Assembly (NCBI GenBank): GCA_050250255.1
Contig: JBFWOZ010000005.1
Coordinates: 1 to 64,000 of the forward strand
Direction: 5' to 3'
Source of the DNA: Bdellovibrionales bacterium
GTDB taxonomy: Bacteria; Bdellovibrionota; Bdellovibrionia; Bdellovibrionales; DASUEL01
DNA: 64,000 nucleotides
A model generated the notes under the pieces. The model worked only from the letters and a program-made list of their open reading frames with translations. It was not told where the DNA came from and made no database searches. Within the stretch, counting starts at the first letter, position 1. Every line of letters begins with the position of its first letter. Of this stretch, positions 35,600-45,468 are shown one piece after another. The translations under genes were made by a program, and so were the position numbers.

Positions 35600-36118
35600 T
35601 TAACTCTGTTTTGCTTTTGCATCGAGCACTCTTACAAAACCACTTGGTACTGCGGCTAACGTTCTCACAAACTTGCTCATTGGAGCGGCGAGAACACCGA
35701 GTAACTGTGCACGTAGAACATCCTTCGAAGGCAACCTTGCGAGAGTCGTAATTTTGCCTTTATCAAGAGCTGTTCCTTCCATGACACCGACTTTGACTTC
35801 CAACTTATCGTTGTCTTTTGCAAAGTCGACGAGCAGCTTGGCTGATGCTGAAACATCCTCATAAGCAAACACAAAAGCGTTTGTACCTACTAGATAGTTC
35901 TTTAAAGCAGCATCTGTCTTCGCATCATCAACAATGGCTCTTTTTGCGAGAGTGTTTCTCACAACCTTAAGCTCAGAGCTGATTCCACGCAGTTTTTTCC
36001 TGAGCGATGTTACTTGCTCAACGTTCAAACCCTTAAAATCGACCAAAAAGGCAGCTTTTGAGCGGCCCAAATAATCTTTTACGGATTTGACGGCATTTTC
36101 TTTCTGCTGTCTGTCCAA
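35600..36118 (-). CDS. rplJ: 50S ribosomal protein L10
   Basis: KVVRNTLA and LARLPSK. TTG start after GGAGG. Confidence 0.97.
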   Translation of the reverse strand: MDRQQKENAVKSVKDYLGRSKAAFLVDFKGLNVEQVTSLRKKLRGISSELKVVRNTLAKRAIVDDAKTDAALKNYLVGTNAFVFAYEDVSASAKLLVDFAKDNDKLEVKVGVMEGTALDKGKITTLARLPSKDVLRAQLLGVLAAPMSKFVRTLAAVPSGFVRVLDAKAKQS

Positions 36119-36224
36119 GAAGATACCTCCTTTCCTTTCTTTCGCTGCTAAATCTTTTCAAGACTCTGCAACTTTGGTTATGCGATTCAGCAGGAGGCTC
36201 ACTTCATCGCATTCGCGAGGCTTG

Positions 36225-36300
36225 CCTGTCTCGATAGGCCCCAAAGTTTTTTACAAACTCTTCGGACTTAAACTTTCGTACCTATTTTCTCTGACCGCGT
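36225..36300 (-). ncRNA. L10 leader (autoregulatory mRNA element)
   Basis: Minus strand GTCAGAGAAAATAGGT...TTTAA...CCTATCGAGAC resembles the L10-leader core, upstream of rplJ. Confidence 0.65.
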
Positions 36301-36348
36301 TTTTTATAAACTCTATTTCAAAACTAACTTAACTAACTTCTCTACTGA

Positions 36349-37056
36349 TTACTTTTCAGCAGTCGCAGCTGATGAAACCTTATTTACATCGATGGCAACA
36401 CCAGGGCCCATAGTTGTGGACACTGTCAAACCACGTAAATAAATACCTTTGCTCGTTGCTGGCTTCGCCTTCATCACAGCTGTCATGAGTGTCATGAAAT
36501 TTTCCGTGATTTTCTCAGCGCCAAGAGATTTTCTTCCAACAACAGCGTGAATAATCCCCGCTTTATCAACACGGAAATCCAACTTCCCTTTTTTCTCTGC
36601 AGTTACGGCTTTACCGATATCAAATGTTACGGTTCCAATTTTTGGGTTTGGCATAAGACCACGAGGCCCAAGAATTTTAGCAACTTTGGAAACTGTCACC
36701 ATCATATCTGGAGTCGCAATTGCCTTATCAAAGTCTAACCATCCGCCTTGGATTTTTGTAACAAGATCATCAGCACCGATAAAGTCTGCGCCGGCAGCTT
36801 TGGCTTCATTCTCTTTGTCACCTTTAGCGAATACTAGTACGCGCACAGTTTTTCCAAGTCCGTGAGGAAGCGCAATCGCTCCACGCACTTGCTGATCTGA
36901 TTGCTTAGGATCAATTCCTAAGTTGATGGCCACATCAACCGATTCGTCAAAATTCGCAGTGCCTGTTTCAACGGCAAGAGCAATGGCCTCTTTCGCTCCG
37001 TAACGAACATCTGACTTCACTTTTTCTTGAGACTGTCTAAATCTTTTTCCTGACAT
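36349..37056 (-). CDS. rplA: 50S ribosomal protein L1
   Basis: LPHGLGK and LGPRGLMPNPK. Confidence 0.99.
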   Translation of the reverse strand: MSGKRFRQSQEKVKSDVRYGAKEAIALAVETGTANFDESVDVAINLGIDPKQSDQQVRGAIALPHGLGKTVRVLVFAKGDKENEAKAAGADFIGADDLVTKIQGGWLDFDKAIATPDMMVTVSKVAKILGPRGLMPNPKIGTVTFDIGKAVTAEKKGKLDFRVDKAGIIHAVVGRKSLGAEKITENFMTLMTAVMKAKPATSKGIYLRGLTVSTTMGPGVAIDVNKVSSAATAEK

Positions 37057-37080
37057 AAAATCCTACCTTACTACTTCTAA

Positions 37081-37506
37081 TTACGCCTCTAATTCGAGAC
37101 CCATGCTTTTTGCTGTTCCTTCAACCTGACGAATAGCCGAATCAACTGTTGTACAGTTGAGGTCAGGAAGTTTTGTTTCAGCGATTTTTTTAACAATTGC
37201 TTTTGAAACCTTACCTACTTTGTCTTTCTGAGGCATTTTTGAGCCGCTTTGAAGTTTCAAAGCTTGCTTCAACAAAATGGATACTGGTGGTGTTTTTGTA
37301 ATAAATGTGAAGGAACGATCCTGATACACAGTGATGATCACAGGAATAACCGTGTCACCCGCACTTTGCGTTTTTGCATTAAACTGTTTACAAAACTCCA
37401 TAATGTTCACACCTTGTTGACCCAATGCCGGACCTACAGGGGGAGCTGGGTTTGCTTTACCAGCTGGAATCTGCAACTTGATCATACCCGTTACTTTTTT
37501 TGCCAT
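37081..37506 (-). CDS. rplK: 50S ribosomal protein L11
   Basis: [12 protein letters not shown]. Confidence 0.99.
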   Translation of the reverse strand: MAKKVTGMIKLQIPAGKANPAPPVGPALGQQGVNIMEFCKQFNAKTQSAGDTVIPVIITVYQDRSFTFITKTPPVSILLKQALKLQSGSKMPQKDKVGKVSKAIVKKIAETKLPDLNCTTVDSAIRQVEGTAKSMGLELEA

Positions 37507-37571
37507 ATCAGAACTCCTTCAAAAATCTTTCAAACTTTAAAACTTAACTTCTTGCCTGCCAATTTTGGCGA

Positions 37572-38102
37572 CTAGCTTTTCTCAACCTGAATAAAATCCA
37601 ACTCAACTGGAGTTGGGCGTCCAAAAATGCTGACAAGAACTTTTACTTTTCCTTTTTCGGCATTGATCTCTTCAACAGTTCCATTGAAGTTGCTGAACGG
37701 ACCATCTACCACACGAACGCTTTCGCCTTCAGAGAACTTAATTTTTGGCTTCGGCTTCTCTGCGCCTGAAACCATTTGCTTATTGATACGCTCGACTTCT
37801 TCTTGAGGAACAGGAGGAGGGTTTGTTGTCCCACCTACGAAACCTGTTACTTTTGAAGTTTCCTTAACAAGGTGCCAAGTTCTCTCATTCAAAACCATCT
37901 GTACGAACATGTAGCCAGGGAAAATCTTACGAGAAGTGGTCTTCTTTTCACCCTTAACAAGTTCGACAACGTTTTCAGCTGGAATTAAAATTTCACCAAA
38001 AAGCTCGACCATTTTGTGAGTACGAATGCGCTCCTCAAGAGCCACTTTCGCCTTCGCTTCTTGGCCAGTCTGTGTATTTACGATGTACCACTTCTTTTCC
38101 AC
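37572..38102 (-). CDS. nusG: Transcription factor NusG
   Basis: FPGYMFV, VTGFVG and KOW domain [12 protein letters not shown]. Confidence 0.98.
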   Translation of the reverse strand: MEKKWYIVNTQTGQEAKAKVALEERIRTHKMVELFGEILIPAENVVELVKGEKKTTSRKIFPGYMFVQMVLNERTWHLVKETSKVTGFVGGTTNPPPVPQEEVERINKQMVSGAEKPKPKIKFSEGESVRVVDGPFSNFNGTVEEINAEKGKVKVLVSIFGRPTPVELDFIQVEKS

Positions 38103-38129
38103 TTCAAACGTCCTTACTTAAACCGTTGA

Positions 38130-38525
38130 CTACCAATTCATCTCTAGAAGCTTTGTTACGAGGAAGCTCGAAAATGTATCGAAAACTCCTAACAAAACTC
38201 CCGAAACAAGCAACATCATGCAAACCACAATGGTCATCGCCACTGTATCTTTGCGGGAAGGCCAAACAATTTTTCGAATTTCCGTAACCACTTCTTCGCA
38301 GAACTGGACAACATTATTATTAAACTGGAGAGCCGCAAAAACACCGAATCCTACCAAAATTGGCAAACCATGCTTCACAACATCGTTTCCAGCGATTCTT
38401 GCAACAAAAGGAAAGAGAGTCGAAAACGTATCAATCAAAAGACTAATAACAAGAAAGCTCACAAGTCCTGCGAGGACAAAAGCCGTTGTTAATATTTTTT
38501 TGTTATCATTATCCATTTTCAACAC
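38130..38525 (-). CDS. secE: Preprotein translocase SecE (three-TM form)
   Basis: EIRKIVWPSRKDT motif, located between tRNA-Trp and nusG. The start may be a few codons downstream. Confidence 0.93.
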   Translation of the reverse strand: MLKMDNDNKKILTTAFVLAGLVSFLVISLLIDTFSTLFPFVARIAGNDVVKHGLPILVGFGVFAALQFNNNVVQFCEEVVTEIRKIVWPSRKDTVAMTIVVCMMLLVSGVLLGVFDTFSSFLVTKLLEMNW

Positions 38526-38562
38526 CTTTATTTAATCTCAGTTTCAACTCAAAAATCTGTAA

Positions 38563-38638
38563 TGGCAGGGCAGGAGGGATTCGAACCCACAACCTACGGA
38601 TTTGGAGTCCGCCGCTCTACCATTAGAGCTACTGCCCT
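38563..38638 (-). tRNA. tRNA-Trp(CCA)
   Basis: Cloverleaf with anticodon loop CTCCAAA and an encoded CCA end. Confidence 0.97.
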
Positions 38639-38645
38639 ATTTCAA

Positions 38646-38795
38646 TTATTTTGTTTCCTTGTGCATAGTGTGAGCATTACATCGAGGACAAAACTTTTTC
38701 TTTGTAAGACGATCGGGCGTTTTTGTCTTATTTTTATTCGTGATATACGAACGTTCTTTACAAGTTTCACATGCTAACGTGACAGAAATTCTCAT
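38646..38795 (-). CDS. rpmG: 50S ribosomal protein L33 (zinc-binding type)
   Basis: Manual translation: [49 protein letters not shown]. Not in the ORF track. Confidence 0.96.
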   Translation of the reverse strand: MRISVTLACETCKERSYITNKNKTKTPDRLTKKKFCPRCNAHTMHKETK

Positions 38796-38947
38796 ACTTC
38801 AAACCTTTCAAACAACAACCAAACTCAAACTGTATAAACGCAAAAACCTTCTCTTACTTTTTTTTCGTTTTTTTTCGAAAAAAAAGCCGAGAAGGATCTT
38901 TATTTAATAGGGCCCTCTTCATCAGAGCCCTATTCTATTTTTAACTA

Positions 38948-40138
38948 TTACTCTTTAATCTCTACAACTACGCCCGCACCTACAGTACGGCCACCTTCAC
39001 GGATGGCGAAGCGGAGTTCTTTTTCCATAGCGATCGGGGCGATCAACTCAACGTCGATCTCAGCACGGTCACCAGGCATCACCATTTCTGTTCCAGACTT
39101 CAAAGTTACAACACCGGTAACATCTGTAGTACGGAAGTAGAATTGAGGACGATATCCGTTAAAGAACGGAGTATGACGACCACCTTCTTCTTTTGTAAGA
39201 ATGTAGGCTTCAGCTCTGAATTTTTTGTGCGGGAATGTTGTTCCTGGCTTCGCAAGAACTTGACCACGCTCAACGTCCTCTTTTTTAGTACCACGAAGAA
39301 GAGCACCAATGTTCTCACCCGCTTGACCTTCATCAAGAAGCTTTCTGAACATTTCCACACCAGTTACAGTTGTTTTTGTTGTGGGCTTAATACCAACGAT
39401 TTCGATCTCTTCGTTCACCTTTACAATTCCACGCTCAATACGGCCAGTCACTACAGTACCGCGACCAGAAATTGAGAACACATCCTCGATTGGCATTAAG
39501 AACGGCTTATCAACCGCACGTGCTGGTTGAGGAATCGCTTCATCAACAGCAGCCATCAATTTTAGAATCGCTTTTTTTCCAATATCAGAATCTTCGCCTT
39601 CAAGAGCTTTTAAAGCAGATCCACGAACGATAGGGATTTTATCTCCAGGGAATTCGTATTTATTGAGAAGTTCACGAACTTCAAGTTCTACGAGGTCCAA
39701 AAGTTCTGGATCATCAACCATGTCGACTTTGTTCATGAATACAACGATCGCAGGAACACCCACTTGACGAGCAAGAAGGATGTGCTCACGAGTTTGTGGC
39801 ATTGGACCGTCAGCAGCAGAAACGACAAGAATAGCTCCGTCCATTTGAGCGGCACCGGTAATCATGTTCTTTACGTAATCGGCGTGTCCTGGGCAATCTA
39901 CGTGAGCGTAGTGACGCTTATCAGTTTCGTACTCAACGTGAGTTGTAGAAATTGTAATCCCGCGCTCTCGCTCTTCAGGAGCTTTATCAATCTGATCATA
40001 ATTTAAGGCCTGAGCTTTACCTGATTCAGCCAAAACTTTAGTGATGGCTGCCGTTAGAGACGTTTTACCATGATCCACGTGACCAATGGTGCCGATATTA
40101 CAATGGGGTTTATTCCTCACAAACTTCTCTTTAGACAT
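38948..40138 (-). CDS. tuf: Elongation factor Tu
   Basis: [20 protein letters not shown] and REGGRTVG. Confidence 0.99.
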   Translation of the reverse strand: MSKEKFVRNKPHCNIGTIGHVDHGKTSLTAAITKVLAESGKAQALNYDQIDKAPEERERGITISTTHVEYETDKRHYAHVDCPGHADYVKNMITGAAQMDGAILVVSAADGPMPQTREHILLARQVGVPAIVVFMNKVDMVDDPELLDLVELEVRELLNKYEFPGDKIPIVRGSALKALEGEDSDIGKKAILKLMAAVDEAIPQPARAVDKPFLMPIEDVFSISGRGTVVTGRIERGIVKVNEEIEIVGIKPTTKTTVTGVEMFRKLLDEGQAGENIGALLRGTKKEDVERGQVLAKPGTTFPHKKFRAEAYILTKEEGGRHTPFFNGYRPQFYFRTTDVTGVVTLKSGTEMVMPGDRAEIDVELIAPIAMEKELRFAIREGGRTVGAGVVVEIKE

Positions 40139-40306
40139 TACTTCCTCCTGCTATTGGCCTTTTCTGACCTTATTGTTCTTTGTGTTTACGTTTCTGTTTT
40201 TCTAACTTTTTCGTTCTACTTTAATTTCAATTCAGTTCTACTTCTATTCTTCTCGAGAATTCTTGAATTCAAAAATTCCTGAATCCGCGAATTCATGCCT
40301 TTAACA

Positions 40307-40381
40307 TGGAGCCCACGGCGAGAGTCGAACCCGCGACCTCACCCTTACCAAGGGTGTGCTCTACCCCTGAGCTACGTGGGC
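40307..40381 (-). tRNA. tRNA-Thr(GGT)
   Basis: Cloverleaf with anticodon GGT and CCA end. Confidence 0.96.
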
Positions 40382-40405
40382 CTACTCGCTTACTCTTGAG
40401 AAATT

Positions 40406-40482
40406 TGGAGCGGGAAAAGGGACTCGAACCCTCGACCCTCAGCTTGGAAGGCTGATGCTCTAGCCAACTGAGCTACTCCCGC
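40406..40482 (-). tRNA. tRNA-Gly(TCC)
   Basis: Cloverleaf with anticodon TCC and CCA end. Confidence 0.96.
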
Positions 40483-40564
40483 CTAATCTCTCTTCTAAAT
40501 TTTAAAAAAACTTTTTCCTTTTCTAATTCAATTCGTTCAAACTTTTCCAGTGCCTAAACAAAAC

Positions 40565-40651
<87 letters not shown>

Positions 40652-40738
40652 TCACGCACCTCTCATACAGCGTTCAGCACTCACTTTCCTCTTGCCCGTT
40701 TTGATAAACAAAAAGTAATTACTTTCCGTCACAAAATT

Positions 40739-40814
40739 TGGAGCTGGTTATGGGACTTGAACCCGCAACCTGCTGATTACAAATCAGCTGCTCTACCAAT
40801 TGAGCTAAACCAGC
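40739..40814 (-). tRNA. tRNA-Thr(TGT)
   Basis: Cloverleaf with anticodon TGT and CCA end; matches the thrU-tyrU-glyT-thrT-tufB order. Confidence 0.96.
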
Positions 40815-40877
40815 CCAGTTGAAAAGTGGTACTAAATATATATCTATCCGCTATTTAAAGCCGACACGTAGGCCGCA

Positions 40878-40907
40878 GTTTTACTTGATTCTAAAAGTGC
40901 TAGTCAA
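40878..40907 (-). promoter_or_regulatory. Sigma70 promoter of the tRNA-tuf operon
   Basis: TTGACT-N18-TAAAAC followed by a GC-rich discriminator (TGCGGCC). Confidence 0.55.
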
Positions 40908-40923
40908 AGGTTATTATTGACTT

Positions 40924-41694
40924 TTATGTCTTCCATTGCCTGATGATTTCGGCCGTGGCAATTCCGGCTGCCACTGAAACATTCAAACTGTGGTTGGGGC
41001 TGACTTGATAAAGCCTCAACAGCTCATCACAAGCGCCTTTCGTTTGTTTTCTGATTCCATGGCCCTCTGCGCCAAGAACCCATACGACTTTATCTGGCGC
41101 CTTTAGTTGCCATATGTTGGACTTCGCTTCCGCATCGAGACCCAAAATCCAAAATCCCATCTCTTTCATCTGAAGAAGAGTAGGCCCCAAAGAACCTACT
41201 TTTTGGACAGGAACATGCTCTAAACCGCCGCTGGCCACCTTTGCAACCGTCGGACTTAAGGGAGCAATTCGAGATTCTGGAACCAAAATCCCTGAAACTC
41301 CCATCAACCAAGCTGTACGAATGATCGCCCCCATATTATGTGGGTCTTCAATTCCATCGAGCGCCAAAACCATGCTTTTTTTCTGATCTTTTAACTTATG
41401 GAGATCCAGCGTGGGGGTTTCAGACACTTCAACGAGCACACCTTGATGAACGCGGGACAACTTTTCTAATACACCCTCTTGTATATTTTCCACTCTCACC
41501 CCCTGCCTTTGCGCTAATTCTGCAATTTGCAGGAGCTCCTTGGACTCTTTCCAGTTGGCTTTGAGAAAAACTTTTTCTACGGCGTGTGGACGTACTTTAA
41601 AAACTTCCATCACGGAATGCAGTCCGACAACCTGTCTATGGCGCGACGTGGGTTGAGAGTTTTGATTTTTCGATTTTTTTTGTGAAGGTCTCAT
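40924..41694 (-). CDS. rlmB: 23S rRNA Gm2251 methyltransferase (SpoU/TrmH family)
   Basis: LDGIEDPHNMGAIIRTA, LGAEGHG and SLNVSVAAG. Confidence 0.88.
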   Translation of the reverse strand: MRPSQKKSKNQNSQPTSRHRQVVGLHSVMEVFKVRPHAVEKVFLKANWKESKELLQIAELAQRQGVRVENIQEGVLEKLSRVHQGVLVEVSETPTLDLHKLKDQKKSMVLALDGIEDPHNMGAIIRTAWLMGVSGILVPESRIAPLSPTVAKVASGGLEHVPVQKVGSLGPTLLQMKEMGFWILGLDAEAKSNIWQLKAPDKVVWVLGAEGHGIRKQTKGACDELLRLYQVSPNHSLNVSVAAGIATAEIIRQWKT

Positions 41695-42392
41695 GCTGTT
41701 GCCTCTTGTACAAACATTCGGAGAGCCGCTCGAGGATCTGATGCTTGAAGAATCGGACGACCTATCACTAAATAGTCAGATCCCAATTTCATTGCCTGGG
41801 CCACCTTCATTACCCTCGCCTGATCTTCTCCTTCAATAGCTTCACCCGAGCGAACCCCTGGAGTGACCAATGTAACACCAGGAAGAACTTCGCGGATTTT
41901 TTGAATCTCATGAGGAGAGCAAACAAATCCCCTCAGCCCTGACTGAGAAGCCAGCTTTGCTAATTGGACCACTTGGTCTTGAATGGGTGCAGAGTAAAAA
42001 GAGGGTTGCTCCTCAGGTTTAAAACTTGTCAGCACAGTGACAGCGAGAATTTGAAAGGGTCTTTGTTGATTAAGTTCTTTTTCTATTCGAGCCATCAGAG
42101 AAAGAGCTGTACTTCCACTACTTGCATGAACAGTGATGAGGCTAGCGCCCATATCAAACCCTGAGCGAATCGCCCCCTCCATTGTTGAAGGGATGTCATA
42201 ATATTTGTGATCTAAAAAAATGGGAGCCCACTGGCTGAGCTCACGAACCAGCTTGGCGCCATATCGGTTTGTTAAGCGTGGCCCTACTTTTAAAGCGCCT
42301 GTTTCTGGTCCCAACTCTTTTCCTAGACGCAAAGCCTCAGAATCATCATCCACATCGAGAGCTACAATGATGGGATTTTTGAGCTTTAGCAT
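41691..42392 (-). CDS. pyrF: Orotidine-5'-phosphate decarboxylase
   Basis: IVALD, FLDHKYYDIPST, VTPGVR and VIGRPI. Confidence 0.95.
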   Translation of the reverse strand: MLKLKNPIIVALDVDDDSEALRLGKELGPETGALKVGPRLTNRYGAKLVRELSQWAPIFLDHKYYDIPSTMEGAIRSGFDMGASLITVHASSGSTALSLMARIEKELNQQRPFQILAVTVLTSFKPEEQPSFYSAPIQDQVVQLAKLASQSGLRGFVCSPHEIQKIREVLPGVTLVTPGVRSGEAIEGEDQARVMKVAQAMKLGSDYLVIGRPILQASDPRAALRMFVQEATA

Positions 42393-44104
42393 GGAGGCAT
42401 GTTCTGTCGAATATGGTTTTGCACAAAACTCACCACTTGATCTGGAGCTAATGCGGTGGATTCTTTCGTCTTACGAATTATCACGTCAATCTGGTTGTTA
42501 TCAACTCCGCGCTTACCAATATTTAAACGAAGAGGAACACCTAAGAGATCAGCATCTTTAAATTTGATTCCAGGACGCTCTTCACGATCGTCGACAAAAA
42601 CTTCAATGCCCGAATCCCACAATTGTTTATAAATTTGCTCTGAGATTTCTGAACATTTGTTATCGCTTGGATCCAATAGACAAATATGAACATGATAAGG
42701 AGCAATAGGAAGTGGCCAAACGATGCCATCCTTATCGTGATTTTGTTCGACTCCTGCCTGTAAAGTGCGGGTCACACCAATGCCATAACATCCCATTTCG
42801 ATAGGCATCGCCTTACCTTGGACGTTTAAATAGTTGGCTTTCATGGCCTTAGAATATTTTGTACCTAAATAAAAGATATGACCGACTTCAATACCACGAG
42901 TAATGCGGTAGGAGCCCTTGTCACACTTTAAGCAACGATCGCCCTCTTGGGCCATGCGAAGATCTACAAGCGCCGTTTCTTTAAAATCTCTTCCGCGATT
43001 CACATTACGAAGATGTTTGTCGTCCACATTTGCGCCTACGACAAAGTTCACATAATCTTTGAGGGCCAGATCCATATAGATCGGAATTTTTAAACCCACA
43101 GGGCCGCAACTTCCTGGATGCGCGCCGCCTGTTGCCTTCACAATTTCTTCTTCCGTGAGGAAAAGAGGATCAGAGTCTAAACCAAGAGCCTTCTTCACTT
43201 TTACCGGATTTGCCTCATCATCTCCACGAAGAAGAAGCGCCACAGGTCCTTTTACACCTTGATAAAAAAGCGTCTTCACAAGATTTTTAGCAGGAACCTT
43301 AAGGCTTTGACTCAAATCTTCGATGGTACGAAGGTTTGGAGTATCAAAAGTTTCAAGGGCTTGAGGGGCACCACTTGTAGGAGCTGGCTCTTCTCCACAA
43401 TGAGCCACCTCAATGTTCGCCGCAAAATCACAAGCATTACAGAAAACAATCTTATCTTCACCGGATTCGGCAAGAACTTGAAACTCGTGAGTCATATTCC
43501 CGCCAATATTGCCGGCATCAGCCTCCACAATCCGATAATCAAGGCCTAAGCGTGCGAAAATCGCAATGTAAGCCTCTCTCATGATTTCATAACTTTTATG
43601 CGCCGATGGCACATCAGCATCAAAGCTGTAAGCATCCTTCATAATAAATTCGCGACCACGCATGAGCCCGAAACGAGGACGAATTTCATCTCGATACTTT
43701 GTCTGAATTTGATAGAGATTTTTCGGGAGATCACGGTAGCTTCGAACGTCACTTCTTACGATATCCGTAACCACTTCTTCATGAGTTGCACCCAAACAGA
43801 AAAGATGGCCGTTACGATTTTTGAATTTCAAAAGGACATCGATATTGAGGCGATTGGTTTCGGCCCATAATTCTTGGGGCTGAACCATAGGCATCAAAAT
43901 TTCGGTACAATTGCGTTTATCTAGCTCTTCACGAATAATTTTTTCGATTTTTCGCAAAACACGAAGTCCCAAATTTTGAAGTGTGAAAATGCCAGGAGCC
44001 AATTTTTTAATATAGCCAGCACGAACAAGAAGCTGGTGGCTGATGATTTCAGCATCAGCTGGTGCTTCGCGAGTAGTAAAAACAAAATTCTTTGTCCACT
44101 TCAT
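42386..44104 (-). CDS. proS: Proline--tRNA ligase with editing insertion
   Basis: THEE, RDEIRPRFGLMRGREF, GIEVGHIF and MGCYGIG. Confidence 0.98.
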   Translation of the reverse strand: MKWTKNFVFTTREAPADAEIISHQLLVRAGYIKKLAPGIFTLQNLGLRVLRKIEKIIREELDKRNCTEILMPMVQPQELWAETNRLNIDVLLKFKNRNGHLFCLGATHEEVVTDIVRSDVRSYRDLPKNLYQIQTKYRDEIRPRFGLMRGREFIMKDAYSFDADVPSAHKSYEIMREAYIAIFARLGLDYRIVEADAGNIGGNMTHEFQVLAESGEDKIVFCNACDFAANIEVAHCGEEPAPTSGAPQALETFDTPNLRTIEDLSQSLKVPAKNLVKTLFYQGVKGPVALLLRGDDEANPVKVKKALGLDSDPLFLTEEEIVKATGGAHPGSCGPVGLKIPIYMDLALKDYVNFVVGANVDDKHLRNVNRGRDFKETALVDLRMAQEGDRCLKCDKGSYRITRGIEVGHIFYLGTKYSKAMKANYLNVQGKAMPIEMGCYGIGVTRTLQAGVEQNHDKDGIVWPLPIAPYHVHICLLDPSDNKCSEISEQIYKQLWDSGIEVFVDDREERPGIKFKDADLLGVPLRLNIGKRGVDNNQIDVIIRKTKESTALAPDQVVSFVQNHIRQNMPPC

Positions 44105-45468
44105 ACAACATCAATTCCGTAAGATTTAATTTTGCGATGGAGATGACTTCTTTCAAGTCCAATCACTTCGGCCGTCTTACTTACGTTTCCGTTATTTTCT
44201 GCCAATTTCTTTAAAATATACTCTTTTTCGAATTGAGCTCGAGCCATTTTAAAATTTGAGATTTGGCTCACAGAATCTTCACCCAATTCATCACCCACGT
44301 TAAGTCCCGCAAACTTCAAATCATGAACGTTCACTTCTTCGCTAGGAGTAAGAATGTAAATACGCTCTACAAAATTACGAAGTTCACGAACATTGCCCGA
44401 CCACTGGTATTGTTTGAGATGGTCCATGGCTTCTGCAGAAAAAACCTTAGGCTTACTAGCTCCTTCTTTTGCAAAGTATTCGCTGAAGTGCAGAATGAGG
44501 GCCGGAATATCTTCTTTACGATCTTTTAGTGGCGGAATTTTTATATAATCAGATTGGAGCATCTGCAGAAGAGGGGCGTGAAACTTTGCTTCTTTTGCCA
44601 AGATGGAGAGGTCTCGCGTCGAAGCGACAATAATACGTACGTCGCCTTCGATTTTCTGCTCTCCACCAACTCTTGTGAACTTTCCTGAAGATAAATATTC
44701 CGAAAGTTTTTGCTGTGACGACAAGGTCAGATCAGAAATTTCGTCTATATAAAGAGTGCCACCATTCGCATGGTCTAACTTGCCTTTAGTTGCCTGCTGA
44801 GCACCGGCAAAAGCCCCTTTTTCATATCCAAAAAGCTCCATCTCCATCAGATCAGGAGACAAAGTGGAACAACTGACTTCTACAAAAGGGGAGCTGGCTC
44901 GAGCGCTGAGATAATGAAGATTTAAAGCCGAAAGTTCTTTACCACTTCCCTTCTCACCATAGATGAGCACTGGGGCGGGAGAACTCGCAACACGAGAAAG
45001 TGTCTGTTTTAATGCCATCATCGCGGCATGCTCACCGATGATGGCGATATTTTTTCTCAGGCGATTAAGGAGAGAACGTTTTTCGCCCTTCTCTCTTTGA
45101 TAAAGAATAATATTCGTCAAAAGAATAAAAATTTTCTCCATCGATAGCGGTTTCTCAACAAAATCCCAAGCGCCCAGCTTGGTTGCCCTCACTGCGGTTT
45201 CAATGTTTCCGTGTCCAGACATGACAATGTATTCCACATTAGGAAACTTAGGTTTTGCGATTCGTAAAACATCAATGCCGTCGTAAGTGCCCGGCATCCA
45301 GATATCGAGAAGAACAACATGTGGTTGAAACTCACCAATCATTTTAATGGCTTCTTCGCCCTGACTCGCTAACCGAACGTCGTAGTTTTCGTCTTGCAAA
45401 GAAGCACAAAGCACCTCGCGGATAGGAGCTTCATCATCTACAATGAGTACTCTAGATTTTTGGCTCAT
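44101..45468 (-). CDS. NtrX/NtrC-family response regulator with degenerate AAA+ domain
   Basis: Receiver domain (VDDE, LLDIWMP), AAA+ domain (GEKGSGKE, GAFAGA, IDEI) and Fis-type HTH (ERSHLHRKIK). Confidence 0.9.
   Translation of the reverse strand: MSQKSRVLIVDDEAPIREVLCASLQDENYDVRLASQGEEAIKMIGEFQPHVVLLDIWMPGTYDGIDVLRIAKPKFPNVEYIVMSGHGNIETAVRATKLGAWDFVEKPLSMEKIFILLTNIILYQREKGEKRSLLNRLRKNIAIIGEHAAMMALKQTLSRVASSPAPVLIYGEKGSGKELSALNLHYLSARASSPFVEVSCSTLSPDLMEMELFGYEKGAFAGAQQATKGKLDHANGGTLYIDEISDLTLSSQQKLSEYLSSGKFTRVGGEQKIEGDVRIIVASTRDLSILAKEAKFHAPLLQMLQSDYIKIPPLKDRKEDIPALILHFSEYFAKEGASKPKVFSAEAMDHLKQYQWSGNVRELRNFVERIYILTPSEEVNVHDLKFAGLNVGDELGEDSVSQISNFKMARAQFEKEYILKKLAENNGNVSKTAEVIGLERSHLHRKIKSYGIDVV

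Noticed and set aside
9571..40138. Many plus-strand and alternate-frame ORFs of 60-170 aa overlapping ribosomal, rpo and tuf genes
   Set aside because: They are antisense or frame shadows of conserved genes with no recognisable motifs.
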